This document shows positions 33,901 through 46,323 of a DNA stretch of 64,000 nucleotides, piece after piece. The stretch is from positions 416,001 through 480,000 of the forward strand of contig OY970172.1 in NCBI GenBank assembly GCA_963707655.1. Reading direction: 5' to 3'. The stretch comes from an uncultured bacterium. GTDB lineage: Bacteria > Babelota > Babeliae > Babelales > Vermiphilaceae. The translations under genes were made by a program, and so were the position numbers. The notes under the pieces are model-generated. The model had not been told where the DNA came from. It did no database searches and saw only the letters and a list, made by a program, of their open reading frames with translations. Each line of letters opens with the position of its first letter. Positions within the stretch are counted from its first letter, which is position 1.

Positions 33901-36900
33901 TCTGCAGGCATACCATTAATATCAAATGGGGCTTCAAGTGATCCAATCTTTGGCACCGCGACGGTACCCGGCGGCGGCACCGGCGATACGAGCTTTACTG
34001 CCTATGCACCAATTACCGGTGGTTCGACATCCACAGGAAATTTACAAAGCGCTTCTTCAGGACAAAGCAATGTGGGTTATGTGCTCACCAGCACCGGTAC
34101 AACCTCTCTGCCAACATGGCAAGCAGTTACCGCAGGTGGCGGCATTGTTACTTCAGTTAGCGCGGGAAATAATATAGCAATTACCGGCACCGCAACGGCG
34201 CCAATAGTAAATGTTGCCGGAACAACACCAAATGCGGTACAGGTTGGTTCTCCCGATGGGGCGTTGCATTCATTACCGGTCGGTACCAATGGTCAAGTAC
34301 TTATTGGGGCAACCGGGGCGTATCCTGCATTTGGCACCTTAACTTCTACAAGCGGCACGATCAGCTACACAACCGGCGCAAATTCATTATCTATTGATCT
34401 TGTACCGGTTACCGTTGCTCATGGTGGCACCGGTGCAACAACTCTTACGCAATACGACGTGTTGGTCGGCAACGGCACTTCTGCCATAACAACCGTGGCA
34501 CCTTCTTCAACAATCGGGGTCCCGTTAATTTCCAACGGTTCTTCTGCCAATCCATCATTTGGCACCGCATCGGTAGCGGGTGGTGGCACGGGTTCAACTT
34601 CATTCAATGCTAATGGAGTAGTGATTTCAGGAACAACGGGAACTTCAGCATTAAGTTCGCTCAGCTTGACTAATGGACAAGTAGTAATTGGTAGCAGTTC
34701 TGGCGCGCCTGCAGCTGCTACGTTGACAAATGGCACCGGTATTTCTATTACCAATGCAGCCAACTCTATTACCATTGCAGCTTCTGGAGCGGTTCCTACA
34801 ACTTTCACCGAAAATTCAGGTACTGCAGCCCCGGCAAGTAACAACTTAAATATTATCGGCTCACCAACCTTCGGCATTACCACTGCGGGCAGCGGATCAA
34901 CCGTTACTATCAGCGGCATTAATGCGACATCAACACAAAAAGGTATTGCGTCGTTCAATTTAACCGAGTTCACGGTAGCCTCGGGAGCTGTAACTTCAAA
35001 TCCATTCACCATCACTGCCGGCACCGGCTTAACCGGCGGCGGGTCGTTGAATTTGGGTGGATCAACAACAATCTCATTATCCACGCCAGTTTTAGTTACC
35101 AATGGCGGTACCGGCCTATCAACATTGACCGCGCACAATGTACTTCTTGGTGAAGGCACTTCAAATGTTGGCTTTGTTTCGCCCGGAGCGGCAGGCATTC
35201 CATTAATTTCTAATGGCGCTAGCAGCGATCCGATATTTGGCACAGCTGTTGTAGCCGGTGGCGGAACGGGCGCGACATCATTTACTTCATTCGCGCCACT
35301 TATTGGTAATGGAACAAGCGCTGTGCAAACCGCTTCCAGTGGACAATCTACTAGCGGCTATGTGTTCACCAGCACCGGTTCATCATCCGCTCCAACATGG
35401 CAGCCAGTAAGCGCAAGTGGCGCGGTAACTTCAGTAACTGGCGGCAACAATATAGCAATTACCGGCACCGCAACGGCGCCAATAGTGAACGTTGCCGGAA
35501 CAACACCAAATGCAGTACAGGTTGGTTCTCCCGATGGCGCGCTGCATTCATTACCGGTCGGTACCAATGGTCAAGTATTACTCGGGGCAACCGGCGCAAA
35601 TCCTGCATTTGCCACACTGATCTCTACCGGCGGAACACTCACTTATACACCAGGCGCCAATTCACTCAATATTGATCTTACCATACCGGTTACCGTTGCT
35701 CATGGTGGAACCGGCGCAACGACTCTTACCCAGTACAATGTGCTGCTTGGCGAGGGAACAGCAGCTGTTGGTTTTGCCACACCAGGATCTGCGGGCATTC
35801 CATTAATTTCTAACGGTTCTTCTGCCAATCCATCATTCGGCACCGCATTAGTAGCAGGCGGTGGCACGGGCCAAACAAGCTTTACCCCATATGCGCCCAT
35901 TATTGCCGGTGCTACTTCAACAAGCGCTCTTATAAGCGCCACGAGCGGCATAGCAAACAGTGGTTACGTGTTCACCAGCACCGGCGCATCAACGTCACCA
36001 TCGTTCCAATCTCTCGGCTCTCTAGGAGCAGTTACAAGCGTTAACGGTGATACCGGATCTATAACACCGACCTCAGGTGTAATAGCATTCAATGCACTGT
36101 CTACCGCCGGTTCAACGGTGATGTTCTCACCAACCAATAGTTCAACAATGGCATTGTATACAACCTCACCAACGCTGCTCAACACGCTCATTGGTCTAGG
36201 TGCAGGCAATAGTAGTGTAACGGGTACTGAGAATACCGGTGTTGGCTATCAAGCATTAAATAAATTAACTTCAGGATCAAACAATACGGCTTTTGGTTAT
36301 CAGGCTTTGACTGTGAATACTGGCGGATCAAACAATATTGCTATGGGAAACAAGGCCCTGGCAGCTAATGTCACTGCATCAAATAGTGTTGCTGTTGGTA
36401 ATAGCGCTCTGGCCGCTAACACCGCAGCAAACAATACCGCTGTTGGTACCAGTGCTCTGGCAGCAAATACTACCGGAACTCCCAACACCGCTATTGGTTA
36501 CAATGCATTGCTGGTCAACAACACCGGTATAAATAACGTTGCCCTTGGTTATAGCCCACTCGTACACAACACAACCGGCTCTGCAAATATTGCTATAGGG
36601 AACAAGGCTCTTGCAGCGAATACCACTGCATCAAATAGTGTTGCTGTTGGTAATAGCGCTCTGGCCGCTAACACCGCAGCAAACAATACCGCCGTTGGTA
36701 CCAGTGCCCTGGCAGCAAATACTACCGGCACTCCCAACACCGCTGTTGGTTACCAAGCATTAACAGCAAATACTACCGGTATGAATAATGTTGCTATAGG
36801 TGATCAAGCATTAGCTGCAAATACTACAGCTGTTCAAAGCACCGCTGTGGGTCATGTTGCGTTAACGCTCAGTAACGGTAGCTATAATACTGCCGTGGGA

Positions 36901-39900
36901 TCTCAAGCATTAACTGCAAATACAACAGGCATTGCTAACACGGCTATAGGGACGGCTACAATGCAAAGCAATACAACAGGGACGAACAATACTGCTGTTG
37001 GATTCCAAGCACTAAACGCCAACATAGGTGGAGGAACCAATACCGCTGTGGGCTATCAAGCCCTTAAATTAAACACATCCGGTCAAAATAACGTTGCAAT
37101 TGGTAACCTTGCCTTGGGCGCAAATCTCACTGCTTCAAATAGTGTTGCTGTTGGTAACAGCGCTCTAGGTGGTAACACCGTTGCAAACAATACTGCTGTT
37201 GGCACCGGCGCTTTGGCCGCCAATACCACCGGATCTCCCAACACTGCTGTTGGTTATAATGCCCTTACAGCTAATACTACGGGCATCAATAACGTTGCTT
37301 TGGGTCATCAAACTCTTGATGCAAACACAACCGGTTCCGCCAACGTCGCGATAGGTAATAATGCCTTGGGTGCCAATGTCACCGCTTCAAATAGTGTTGC
37401 CGTTGGTAGCAGTGCCCTTGCTCTTAACACGTCGTCAAATAATACCGCTGTTGGCTGGAACGCTTTAACGAGCAGCACTGCGAGTCCAAACAGTGCATTT
37501 GGCTATGCTGCATTGCAAAATACTACAACAGGTACCGGTAATACTGGCATCGGCTATGAGGCTTTACAAAACAACAGTTCCGGTGCCACCAATATTGCTC
37601 TTGGTTATCAAGCCGGTTCTGCTTTAACAACCGGATCCAACAATATTGATATTGGCAATAGCGGAGTAGCGGCTGAATCAAACACCATACGTATTGGTAC
37701 TCAAGGCACTCAAACATCGTGCTACATTAGCGGTATCACCGGAATAACCACCGCAAATACCAACATTGCTACTATCAATTCATCAACGGGACAGCTTGGC
37801 GCGACTAATACCGTTTCAGTTGCCAATGGCGGAACCGGCGCGAACAGCCTTACTGGTGTGCTTATTGGCAATGGCACATCTGCAGTTACCGGAAATCCGA
37901 TTACCCAGTATGATGTGTTGGTCGGTGGTGCAAGCAACGCGATTAGCTCTATTGCTCCTTCAACAACAACCGGCATTCCGTTCATTTCTAACGGTTCTTC
38001 TGCCAATCCAGCATTTGGCACCGCTGTTGTAGCAGGCGGTGGCACGGGCTCAACTTCGTTTAATACTCATGGTGTTGTCACTTCAGGCTCTTCAGCCACA
38101 TCCCCATTAACAGCGCTCACCTTAACGAATGGTCAACTGGTGATCGGTAGCACCGGAGCCGATCCAATCGCCGCTACCTTAACTCAAGGAACCGGTATCT
38201 CTATTACCAATGGCGCAGGAAGTATTACTATCGCATCATCCGGATCGGTACCAACAACGTTTACTGAAAATAGCGGAACCGCAACCCCGGCAAGCAACAA
38301 CTTAAATATTCTCGGCTCGCCTACTCAGGGCATTACCACTGCGGGTAGCGGATCAACCGTTACTATCAGCGGCATTAATGCGACATCAACACAAAAAGGT
38401 ATTGCGTCGTTCAATTTAACCGAGTTCACGGTAGCCTCGGGAGCTGTAACTTCAAATCCATTCACCATCACTGCCGGCACCGGCTTAACCGGCGGCGGGT
38501 CGTTGAATTTGGGTGGATCAACAACAATCTCATTATCCACGCCAGTTTCAGTTACCAATGGCGGTACCGGCCTATCAACATTGACCGCGCACAATGTACT
38601 TCTTGGTGAAGGCACTTCAAATGTTGGCTTTGTTTCGCCCGGAGCGGCAGGCATTCCATTAATTTCTAATGGCGCTAGCAGCGATCCGATATTTGGCACA
38701 GCTGTTGTAGCCGGTGGCGGAACGGGCGCGACATCATTTAATACTCATGGTGTTGTCACTTCAGGCTCTTCAGCCACATCTCCATTAACAGCGCTCACCT
38801 TAACTAATGGTCAACTGGTGATCGGTAGCACCGGAGCCGATCCAATCGCGGCTACACTAACTCAAGGCACCGGCATCTCTATTACCAATGGTACAGGAAG
38901 TATCACTATCGCATCATCCGGATCGGTACCAACAACGTTTACTGAAAACAGCGGCACGGCAACCCCGGCAAGTAACAACTTGAATATTCTCGGCTCGCCT
39001 ACTCAGGGCATTACCACTGCGGGTAGCGGATCAACCGTTACTATCAGCGGCATTAATGCGACATCAACACAAAAAGGTATCGCTTCGTTTAGTCCAACAA
39101 ATTTTACAGTAACCGGCGGCAATGTAGTCTCCAAGATTTTCTCCATTAATCCGGGCACTGGCTTGACCGGTGGCGGTCATTGACCTTGGGTGGTTCAACC
39201 ACCCTCTCATTATCTACACCGGTTTCAGTCGCCAATGGCGGCACCGGATTACCAACATTGACCGCGCACAACGTGCTTCTTGGTGAAGGCACTGCAAATG
39301 TAGGCTTTGCTGCGCCAGGAACTGCCGGACAAATACTCGTTTCAAATGGAGCAACTGCTGATCCGTCATTCGAATCATTGAGCAGCGCTGGCGCAATTAC
39401 TCAGATTAATGGCGACGCTGGATCAGCAACGCCGGCTTCGGGGATCATTACCTTCAATGCAAATTCAAACGCAGGATCAACGGTTGAGTTTAGCGCCTCA
39501 GGATCAACGGTTGATTTATTGGTTACCAATCCAACGACACAAAACACATTCATAGGTCTTGCTGCAGGAAATACTAGTTCACCATCGGCGACCGGCAACA
39601 CTGGCATAGGCTACGCTTCCTTGAATAACAACAAGGGCACTTCTAACACAGCCTTAGGATTTGAGGCCCTGTTTGCCAACACCACCGGTGGCGGCAACAC
39701 CGCCATAGGATACATTGCTTTGCCAAACAATAGCACGGGCTCTTCTAATACCGCCATAGGGTACGCTGCCTTGAACAGCAACACCACTGGCTCCTCTAAT
39801 GTTGCTATTGGTAACAATGCACTCCAAAATAGCAACGGCAATAATAATGTTGCTTTTGGCTATCAAGCAGGTTCTGCATTGACAACCGGATCTAACAATA

Positions 39901-42500
39901 TTGATATCGGCAATAGCGGTGTAGCTGCTGAATCAAACACCACTCGCATCGGCACTCAAGGAACTCAAACATCGTGCTATATTAGTGGTATAACCGGAGT
40001 AACCACTGCCAATACCAACATTGCTACTATCAATTCATCAACCGGACAGCTTGGCGCGACTACTACAGTTTCCGTCGCCAACGGCGGAACCGGCGCTAAC
40101 AGCCTTACCGGCGTTTTAATAGGTAATGGCACATCTGCAGTAACCGCTAATCCGATTACCCAATTTGATGTGTTAGTTGGTGGCGCAAGCAACACGATTA
40201 GCTCGATTACACCAAGCACCGCGGATTTTGTATTGACCTCCAACGGCACAAGCGCCAACCCATCGTTCCAATCTCTCAGCTCTTTAGGAGCGGTTACAAG
40301 TGTTAATGGTGATACAGGATCTATAACACCGACCTCGGGTGTAATAGCATTCAAGGCACTTTCTACTGCCGGGTCAACGGTAATGTTCTCGCCAACCAAT
40401 AGTTCAACAATGGCATTGTATACCACCTCACCAACACTGCTCAACACGCTCATTGGGTTAGGTGCAGGCAATAGTAGTGTAACGGGTACTGACAATACCG
40501 GTGTTGGCTATCAAGCATTAAATAAATTAACTTCAGGTGCGAATAATACCGGTATCGGCTATCAGGCTTTGGCTGCGAATACTACCGGATCAAACAATAT
40601 TGCTATGGGAAACAAGGCCCTTGCAGCTAATACCACTGCAGCAAACAATACCGCTGTTGGTACCAGTGCTCTGGCTGCAAATACTACCGGCACTCCCAAT
40701 ACCGCTATTGGTTACAATGCATTGCTGGTCAACAACACCGGTGTAAATAACGTTGCTCTGGGCTACAGCCCACTGGTAAGCAACACAACCGGCTCTGCAA
40801 ATATTGCTATAGGGAACAAGGCCCTTGCAGCGAATACCACTGCATCAAACAATACAGCCGTTGGCACCAGTGCTCTGGCAGCAAATACTACCGGCACTCC
40901 CAACACCGCCATTGGCTACAATGCGTTGCTGGTCAACAACACCGGTGCTAACAACGTCGCTCTTGGGTATACAACTTTAGATGCAAACACAACTGGTTCT
41001 GCCAACGTTGCGGTAGGTAACAATGCTTTGGGCGCCAATGTCAGCGCTTCAAATAGTGTTGCTATCGGCAACAATGCTCTAGCTGCTAACACCGCTTCAA
41101 ACAATACCGCTGCTGGTACTAGTGCTCTGGCAGCAAATACTAGCGGCACCCCCAATACCGCTATCGGTTACAATGCGTTGCTGGTTAACAATACCGGTGC
41201 GAATAACGTCGCCCTTGGTTATCAAGCTCTCAAAGCAAACACAACAGGTTCTACCAACGTCGCGATAGGTAATAATGCTTTGGGCGCCAATGTCAGCGCT
41301 TCAAATAGTGTTGCTGTTGGTAACGGTGCTCTGGCTGCTAACACCGCTGCGGATAATACCGCCGTTGGCGCTAGCTCTCTCGCTGCCAATACCACTGGAA
41401 TCGAAAATAGTGCCGTGGGCTTTCAAGCGTTACAAAATAATACAACAGGAACTTGTAATAATGCGTTGGGATGCTTTGCATTACAAGATAATACTGGCGG
41501 ATCATTTAACATTGCCATAGGACATGATGCATTACTAACGAATACCAGTGCTTCTAACAATGTCGCTATCGGAGAAAGCAGTTTGAAAGCAAATACCGCA
41601 GCAAACAATACCGCTGTTGGGTATAGCGCTTTGACCGCCAATACCACCGGATCTCCCAACATTGCTGTTGGTTATAATGCCCTAACTGCCAATACTACGG
41701 GTATAAACAATGCCGCTGTTGGTTACAATGCTCTTTATATAAATACCACTGGTTCATACAATACCGCTCTGGGAATGCTTGCGCTAAGCACCATTGCTAC
41801 AGGGTCTAACAACACAGCAATAGGTTTTGATGCTGCCCAAAGTCTTACAACGGGCAGTAATAATATTTTTATTGGTGTAGGATCCGGTGGCACCCTAGGA
41901 AACGGCAGCAACAACGTGATAATCGGTAATGAGGCGCAGCCCGGCAGCCCCACTGGTACCTGGAGCAATAATATATACCTAGGAAATGGCATCACTAATT
42001 ACGCGGACCAGAACTACATCAGAATAGGAAATCCCTCAACCGGTTACAACGCATGCTTCATTCAGGGCATATATAATATGACAAATTCTGGACTCCCAAA
42101 CGTCTATGTGGATGTCAATGGACAACTCTGGAAATCTACCACCCCTTCATCACGTCGCTACAAAGACGACATTGCATCGCTCAGTCCCGTGACAGGCAAG
42201 CTTGCTCAGCTTAATCCGGTCAGCTTTGCCTATAAAACTGATGACAACAAAACTAAGAACTATGGGCTTATTGCAGAAGAAGTACAGGAAATTGATCGCT
42301 CATTGGTCATGTACAATGATAACGGCTCCCCTGAGACCGTCTACTACCAGTTCCTGCCACCATTGCTCCTCAAGGGTTGGCAAGAACAGCAGCATGAATT
42401 AATGGCACAACGCGCCGAGCTTGACGAATGCAAGCGCATCATGGCAGAACAACAAAAAAGACTCGATGCACTCTATGCGCATATGGGATTAGCAGCATAA
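21992..42500 (+). CDS. Giant secreted tail-fibre-like protein 2 (~6,836 aa; joins ORFs 21992, 24451, 26378, 26908, 39180)
   Basis: Signal peptide and N-domain paralogous to gene 1; same repeat types; C-terminal S74-type chaperone. Single-base indels at ~24432 (-1), ~26055 (+1), ~26840 (-1) and ~39178 (-1) are each visible against an intact repeat copy and match the ORF frame changes. Confidence 0.85.
23222..26946 (+). repeat. Three tandem ~1,242-bp (414-aa) intragenic repeat units
   Basis: Anchor AATAATATATC recurs at 23222, 24463, 25705 and 26947. Confidence 0.85.
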
Positions 42501-42526
42501 CAAAAATCGAATGTATTGTACCCGCT

Positions 42527-42560
42527 AAAAAAGGGGCCTTCAGAAATGAGGGCCCCTTTT
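42527..42560 (+). terminator. Intrinsic terminator after giant gene 2 (possibly bidirectional)
   Basis: AAAAAA-GGGGCCTTCA-GAAA-TGAGGGCCCC-TTTT. Confidence 0.85.
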
Positions 42561-42675
42561 GTTATTTCACTCGCAGCTTATTATATTTTTGCTAAACTTG
42601 ACTATGGCGCAAAAAAGAAATCTTTTTACCGCTTATCATCTGAAAAAATTTTATTCGGTCACACGGGAGACATTA

Positions 42676-44136
42676 ATGCTTTTGGACCATCAGTTTTTGC
42701 AGTTAGCTGTTCCGGAATTAGAATTGATAACATCATTCTTTCCTGAAAACTATGTTTTTTCTATCGATTCTCGCACGATCAAACGGGGAGAATTGTTTGT
42801 CGCGTTGACGGGAAAAAAAGTTGACGGACATATGTTTTGCGAGCAGGTATTGCGCTCCGGCGCAGCCGGCTTGGTTATAGAAAAGAACAAAAAAAATCTG
42901 CTCAAAAACATTTCTTCCGATTTATTAGACAATAAACTCATTATCGCGGTGCCCGACACAAAACAAGCATTGGTGCAATGGGCAACTACATGGAGACAGC
43001 AATTTTCTATCCCGGTAGTTGGCATAACCGGCTCTGTAGGAAAAACGTCAACCAAAGAGCTTTTATCTGCAATTCTTGCAGCCGAATCCATTCATCATCT
43101 CTCTTCCGCCGATAATCAAAATACGCTCCTGGGTATTTCATTAAACATGTTGCGATTGCGCACAGAGCATACCGTTGCCATTTTTGAAATGGGCGTGAGC
43201 AAGCGCGGTGAAATGGCTCAATTGGCACACTTGGTAAAACCAACATTGGCGCTCATTACCACGATTGGCCATTGTCATATGGAAGGACTTGGCTCATTGC
43301 AAGATATTGCGCTTGAAAAGCGTGACATCTTTAAATTTTTTACCGAACAGAGCATTGGCGTTATTAATGGTGATGTGCCGCTTCTTTCGCAAGTAAGCTA
43401 TATTCATCCGGTAGTTAAATTTGGTTCAAAAACTATTAATCAAGTGCAAGCGCGCAAGATTGAGATCGGTGACAAACAGACTAATTTTGTGATGAAAGTA
43501 TATAAAAAAAAGTATGCGGTGTGTGTACCGCAGACGCATGAAGGAGCAGTATCAAATGCTTTGTCGGCAGCAACTCTTGCTCATATGCTTAATATTCCAG
43601 TTGAAACCATTATACAGACTATTCAGAAGCCGCTAACCATCAGTGGCCGCTTTGAAGAAAAAAAATTACGCAATAATGCGGGAACAGTTATTAATGATTG
43701 TTACAATGCAAACCCGGAAAGTATGAAAGCAGCGTTACTGGCTTTTGAAAAATATGACACCGATGCACAAAAGGTAGCAATTTTGGGCGACATGCTTGAA
43801 CTCGGTATTAACAGTGCATTTTGGCATCGACAATTGGGCAGATTTTTGCGCAAAGTTCCTTCATTGAAAAAATTAATTTTGGTTGGCTCGTGGGTGCAAT
43901 GCACAAAAAAAACCGCACCTATCACTTTACCTGTTGAAATTGTTGCAACATGGCAAGAAGCGCTTGAAAAAGCACAAGACGCCATGAAACAAGCCAAGTC
44001 GGCAATATTGGTTAAAGCATCGCGCGGTATGCAATTGTCTTTGTTGGTTGACGGCTTAATGGTGGCTGATGAGACAATAAATGCGAGCCCCCTGCTCACA
44101 AAAACAAACAACGCTACTCCCTTAATACATGGATAA
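42676..44136 (+). CDS. murF: UDP-N-acetylmuramoyl-tripeptide--D-Ala-D-Ala ligase
   Basis: IDSR...GELFVAL...DGH, GITGSVGKTSTK, NDCYNANPESM, LGDMLELG, KASRG; ATG 42676 has a GGAG RBS. Confidence 0.93.
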   Translation: MLLDHQFLQLAVPELELITSFFPENYVFSIDSRTIKRGELFVALTGKKVDGHMFCEQVLRSGAAGLVIEKNKKNLLKNISSDLLDNKLIIAVPDTKQALVQWATTWRQQFSIPVVGITGSVGKTSTKELLSAILAAESIHHLSSADNQNTLLGISLNMLRLRTEHTVAIFEMGVSKRGEMAQLAHLVKPTLALITTIGHCHMEGLGSLQDIALEKRDIFKFFTEQSIGVINGDVPLLSQVSYIHPVVKFGSKTINQVQARKIEIGDKQTNFVMKVYKKKYAVCVPQTHEGAVSNALSAATLAHMLNIPVETIIQTIQKPLTISGRFEEKKLRNNAGTVINDCYNANPESMKAALLAFEKYDTDAQKVAILGDMLELGINSAFWHRQLGRFLRKVPSLKKLILVGSWVQCTKKTAPITLPVEIVATWQEALEKAQDAMKQAKSAILVKASRGMQLSLLVDGLMVADETINASPLLTKTNNATPLIHG

Positions 44137-44142
44137 TTATTA

Positions 44143-45044
44143 ATGTCTGAAATGCAGCTTTTTCATAAAACAGTTCTTGTACAGGAAGTTCTTGAATATC
44201 TTAATCCTCAACCGGGAAAAACCTACCTTGACGTAACGTTTGGTTCAGGTGGCCATACCCGCGCTATTTTGGAAAAAGAGCCAACATGCAAGGTTATAGC
44301 TCTTGATTGGGATCAGGTCGCTCTTGATACCTACGGACCGGCACTCAGAGCAGAGTTTGGTGATAGGATCAGACTTGTGTGGGGTAACTTTGCGCTTCTC
44401 TATAAATTATTACGCAGTGAAAAAATAGACAATGTTGACGGTATCCTGGCCGATTTTGGAACCTCTCAAATTCAAATTATTAATCGCGCCGGTTTTTCGG
44501 TGCATAGAAATACGCCGCTTGATATGCGCATGTCTCCATCACATCAAAAAATAACTGCTGCTGAGTTATTAAATAAAGCCACGGAGGAAAAGTTACGTGA
44601 GCTATTTTGGCAATTTGGTCAAGAAAGAAACGCTCGGCAAATAGCTGCTGCCATTATTCAGGAGCGCGCAATTAGACCATTTAAAATGACTAAAGATTTA
44701 GCAGATCTCATCGCGCGCATTGCACCGAGCAAAAACCGCCGCATTCATCCGGCAACGCAAGTTTTTCAGGCATTGCGTATTTATGTAAACAAAGAGCTTG
44801 ATAACATTAGCGCTTTTTTGGCTGCAGCAACTTCAGCATTGAATGATGAAGGCGATTGGTATGCATCAGCTTTCATTCCTTGGAAGACCGCATCGTCAAA
44901 CAGTTTTTCAAAGAAAAAGAGCAAGAGGGAATTCTTACTATACTTACTCCCAAGATGATAAGCGCCGGTGAAGAAGAGCTCAAAGCAAATCCGTCATCAC
45001 GCTCTGCATGTTTGCGCGCTGCTCAGAAGAATGAAGCTAAATAG
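44143..45044 (+). CDS. rsmH: 16S rRNA m4C1402 methyltransferase (frameshift ~44855)
   Basis: [35 protein letters not shown]; second frame [12 protein letters not shown]...NPSSRSA. Confidence 0.93.
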
Positions 45045-45056
45045 CGAGAATTTTTG

Positions 45057-45084
45057 TTGACAAAAAAGGGGCGTTGTATACAAT
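45057..45084 (+). promoter_or_regulatory. sigma70-type promoter for spoVG / tRNA-Gln
   Basis: TTGACA-16 bp-TACAAT. Confidence 0.65.
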
Positions 45085-45149
45085 TAAGGGACAATTATAT
45101 ATTGTACTCACACTAAAAAGGGATTGTAGTATCTCTAAGGGTTGCGACC

Positions 45150-45443
45150 ATGGAAATAACAGAAGTAAAAGTATATCCGGCAAAAGAAAATGGTAGACTT
45201 AAAGCATATGCAACGGTGGTCTTTGACAATAGCTTTATTGTACGCGATTTAAAAATAATCGAAGGCAATAAAGGTTTCTTCGTATCGATGCCATCGCGTC
45301 GTAGAAAAGATGGAACATTCCGAGATATAGTTCATCCGCTGAATTCTGACACTCGCAAAAGAATTGAAGATGCCATCACCAAGGAATATGAGCGCATTTT
45401 GGCAACCGGTGAAACATATACATCGGCAGAAGACGAAGAATAA
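45150..45443 (+). CDS. spoVG: SpoVG family nucleic-acid-binding protein
   Basis: MEITEVKV...LKAYATVVFDN.FIVRDLKIIEG..GFFVSMPSRR.KDG.FRDIVHP. Confidence 0.93.
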   Translation: MEITEVKVYPAKENGRLKAYATVVFDNSFIVRDLKIIEGNKGFFVSMPSRRRKDGTFRDIVHPLNSDTRKRIEDAITKEYERILATGETYTSAEDEE

Positions 45444-45497
45444 TAATCGTTTCTGAGTAGTAAAAAAGTTCTTTTTTTAGCACATCAAAAAATTTGT

Positions 45498-45572
45498 TGG
45501 GGCGTGGCCAAGTGGTAAGGCACCGGTTTTTGGTACCGGCATTCGGAGGTTCGAATCCTTCCGCCCCAGCCA
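45498..45572 (+). tRNA. tRNA-Gln (anticodon TTG), CCA encoded
   Basis: Acceptor TGGGGCG/CGCCCCA, anticodon arm CCGGT-TT-TTG-GT-ACCGG, T-arm GGAGG-TTCGAAT-CCTTC, 3' GCCA. Confidence 0.96.
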
Positions 45573-45631
45573 GTCTTCGCTCTTACGAGCTGCGCCTGGC
45601 GCGGCCATCAAACTGGATCCTTCGCTTAGAA

Positions 45632-45883
45632 TTAACGGTGAGGACACCCGGGCCAACAGCATGGTCGTCGCTTTCCATTTTTAAGGCTTGAACAGCCCCA
45701 CTTGATCCGGTGACTTCTAGTTTCTGATTTTTTAGCTGATTCAATCCAACATATCCACTCATTGCGCGCGAGTGCCGTGATATCCTCCCACATTGCTAAT
45801 GCCTTCGGGTTGGCTATAAGCGCTTCTTTCAGATCCGCGGGCAACTCATGTACTATTCCGCTAGCAATATTTTTTTGTGTCAT
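45632..45883 (-). CDS. YdeI/OmpD-associated (OmdA-like) small protein
   Basis: LPADL..AL...P.A...W..IT.LARNEWICWI.SAKK.ETR..RI...L..GKRRPCCWPGC.HR. Confidence 0.8.
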   Translation of the reverse strand: MTQKNIASGIVHELPADLKEALIANPKALAMWEDITALARNEWICWIESAKKSETRSHRIKWGCSSLKNGKRRPCCWPGCPHR

Positions 45884-46323
45884 GGATCATGTAACCATAA
45901 TTAAGAATCTGTTTGTAATTTTTTAATAAATATAGTTATTAATATAATATCAATGCAATAGATTTGCAATGTGCCGTACTGGTATACACGGAGTGTCTAT
46001 TTATGGGGAGTCTTATCACCGCTGTAGGAAAACTTTAATAATACATAGCGAAGACGGGCCGGCCTCTTTACCTGTATCATATAAATAACCCCCCCTTCTT
46101 TCAGACCCTCTGATCACCAACGCTAACCGGATTGTTATCAAGCATCGTTACTATCGTGCTTTCTGATGCTCACAACTTCTCTGGCTCACTATTCAAGATG
46201 TCGACAGTTGTCGATATTTTGCTTATACTATCCATGTCATTCACTTTTATACCGCTCCTTTGTTAATATTTCTCTTAGCATTTAAGGGATGGTGTTATAC
46301 ATTTTTTCATATAGGTTGTTATT

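Noticed and set aside
15740..41995. Many Val/Pro/Ala-rich minus-strand ORFs
   Set aside because: Antisense shadows of the Gly/Thr/Asn-rich fibre reading frame; they recur with the repeats.
21380..42386. Diversity-generating retroelement template/variable repeat pair in the fibre C-termini
   Set aside because: Differences are mostly synonymous and not adenine-specific, and there is no reverse transcriptase in the window.
14889..42500. Prophage or tailocin suggested by tail-fibre motifs
   Set aside because: No capsid, terminase, sheath, baseplate, lysis or integrase genes; both genes have signal peptides and terminators and are flanked by ftsK and murF.
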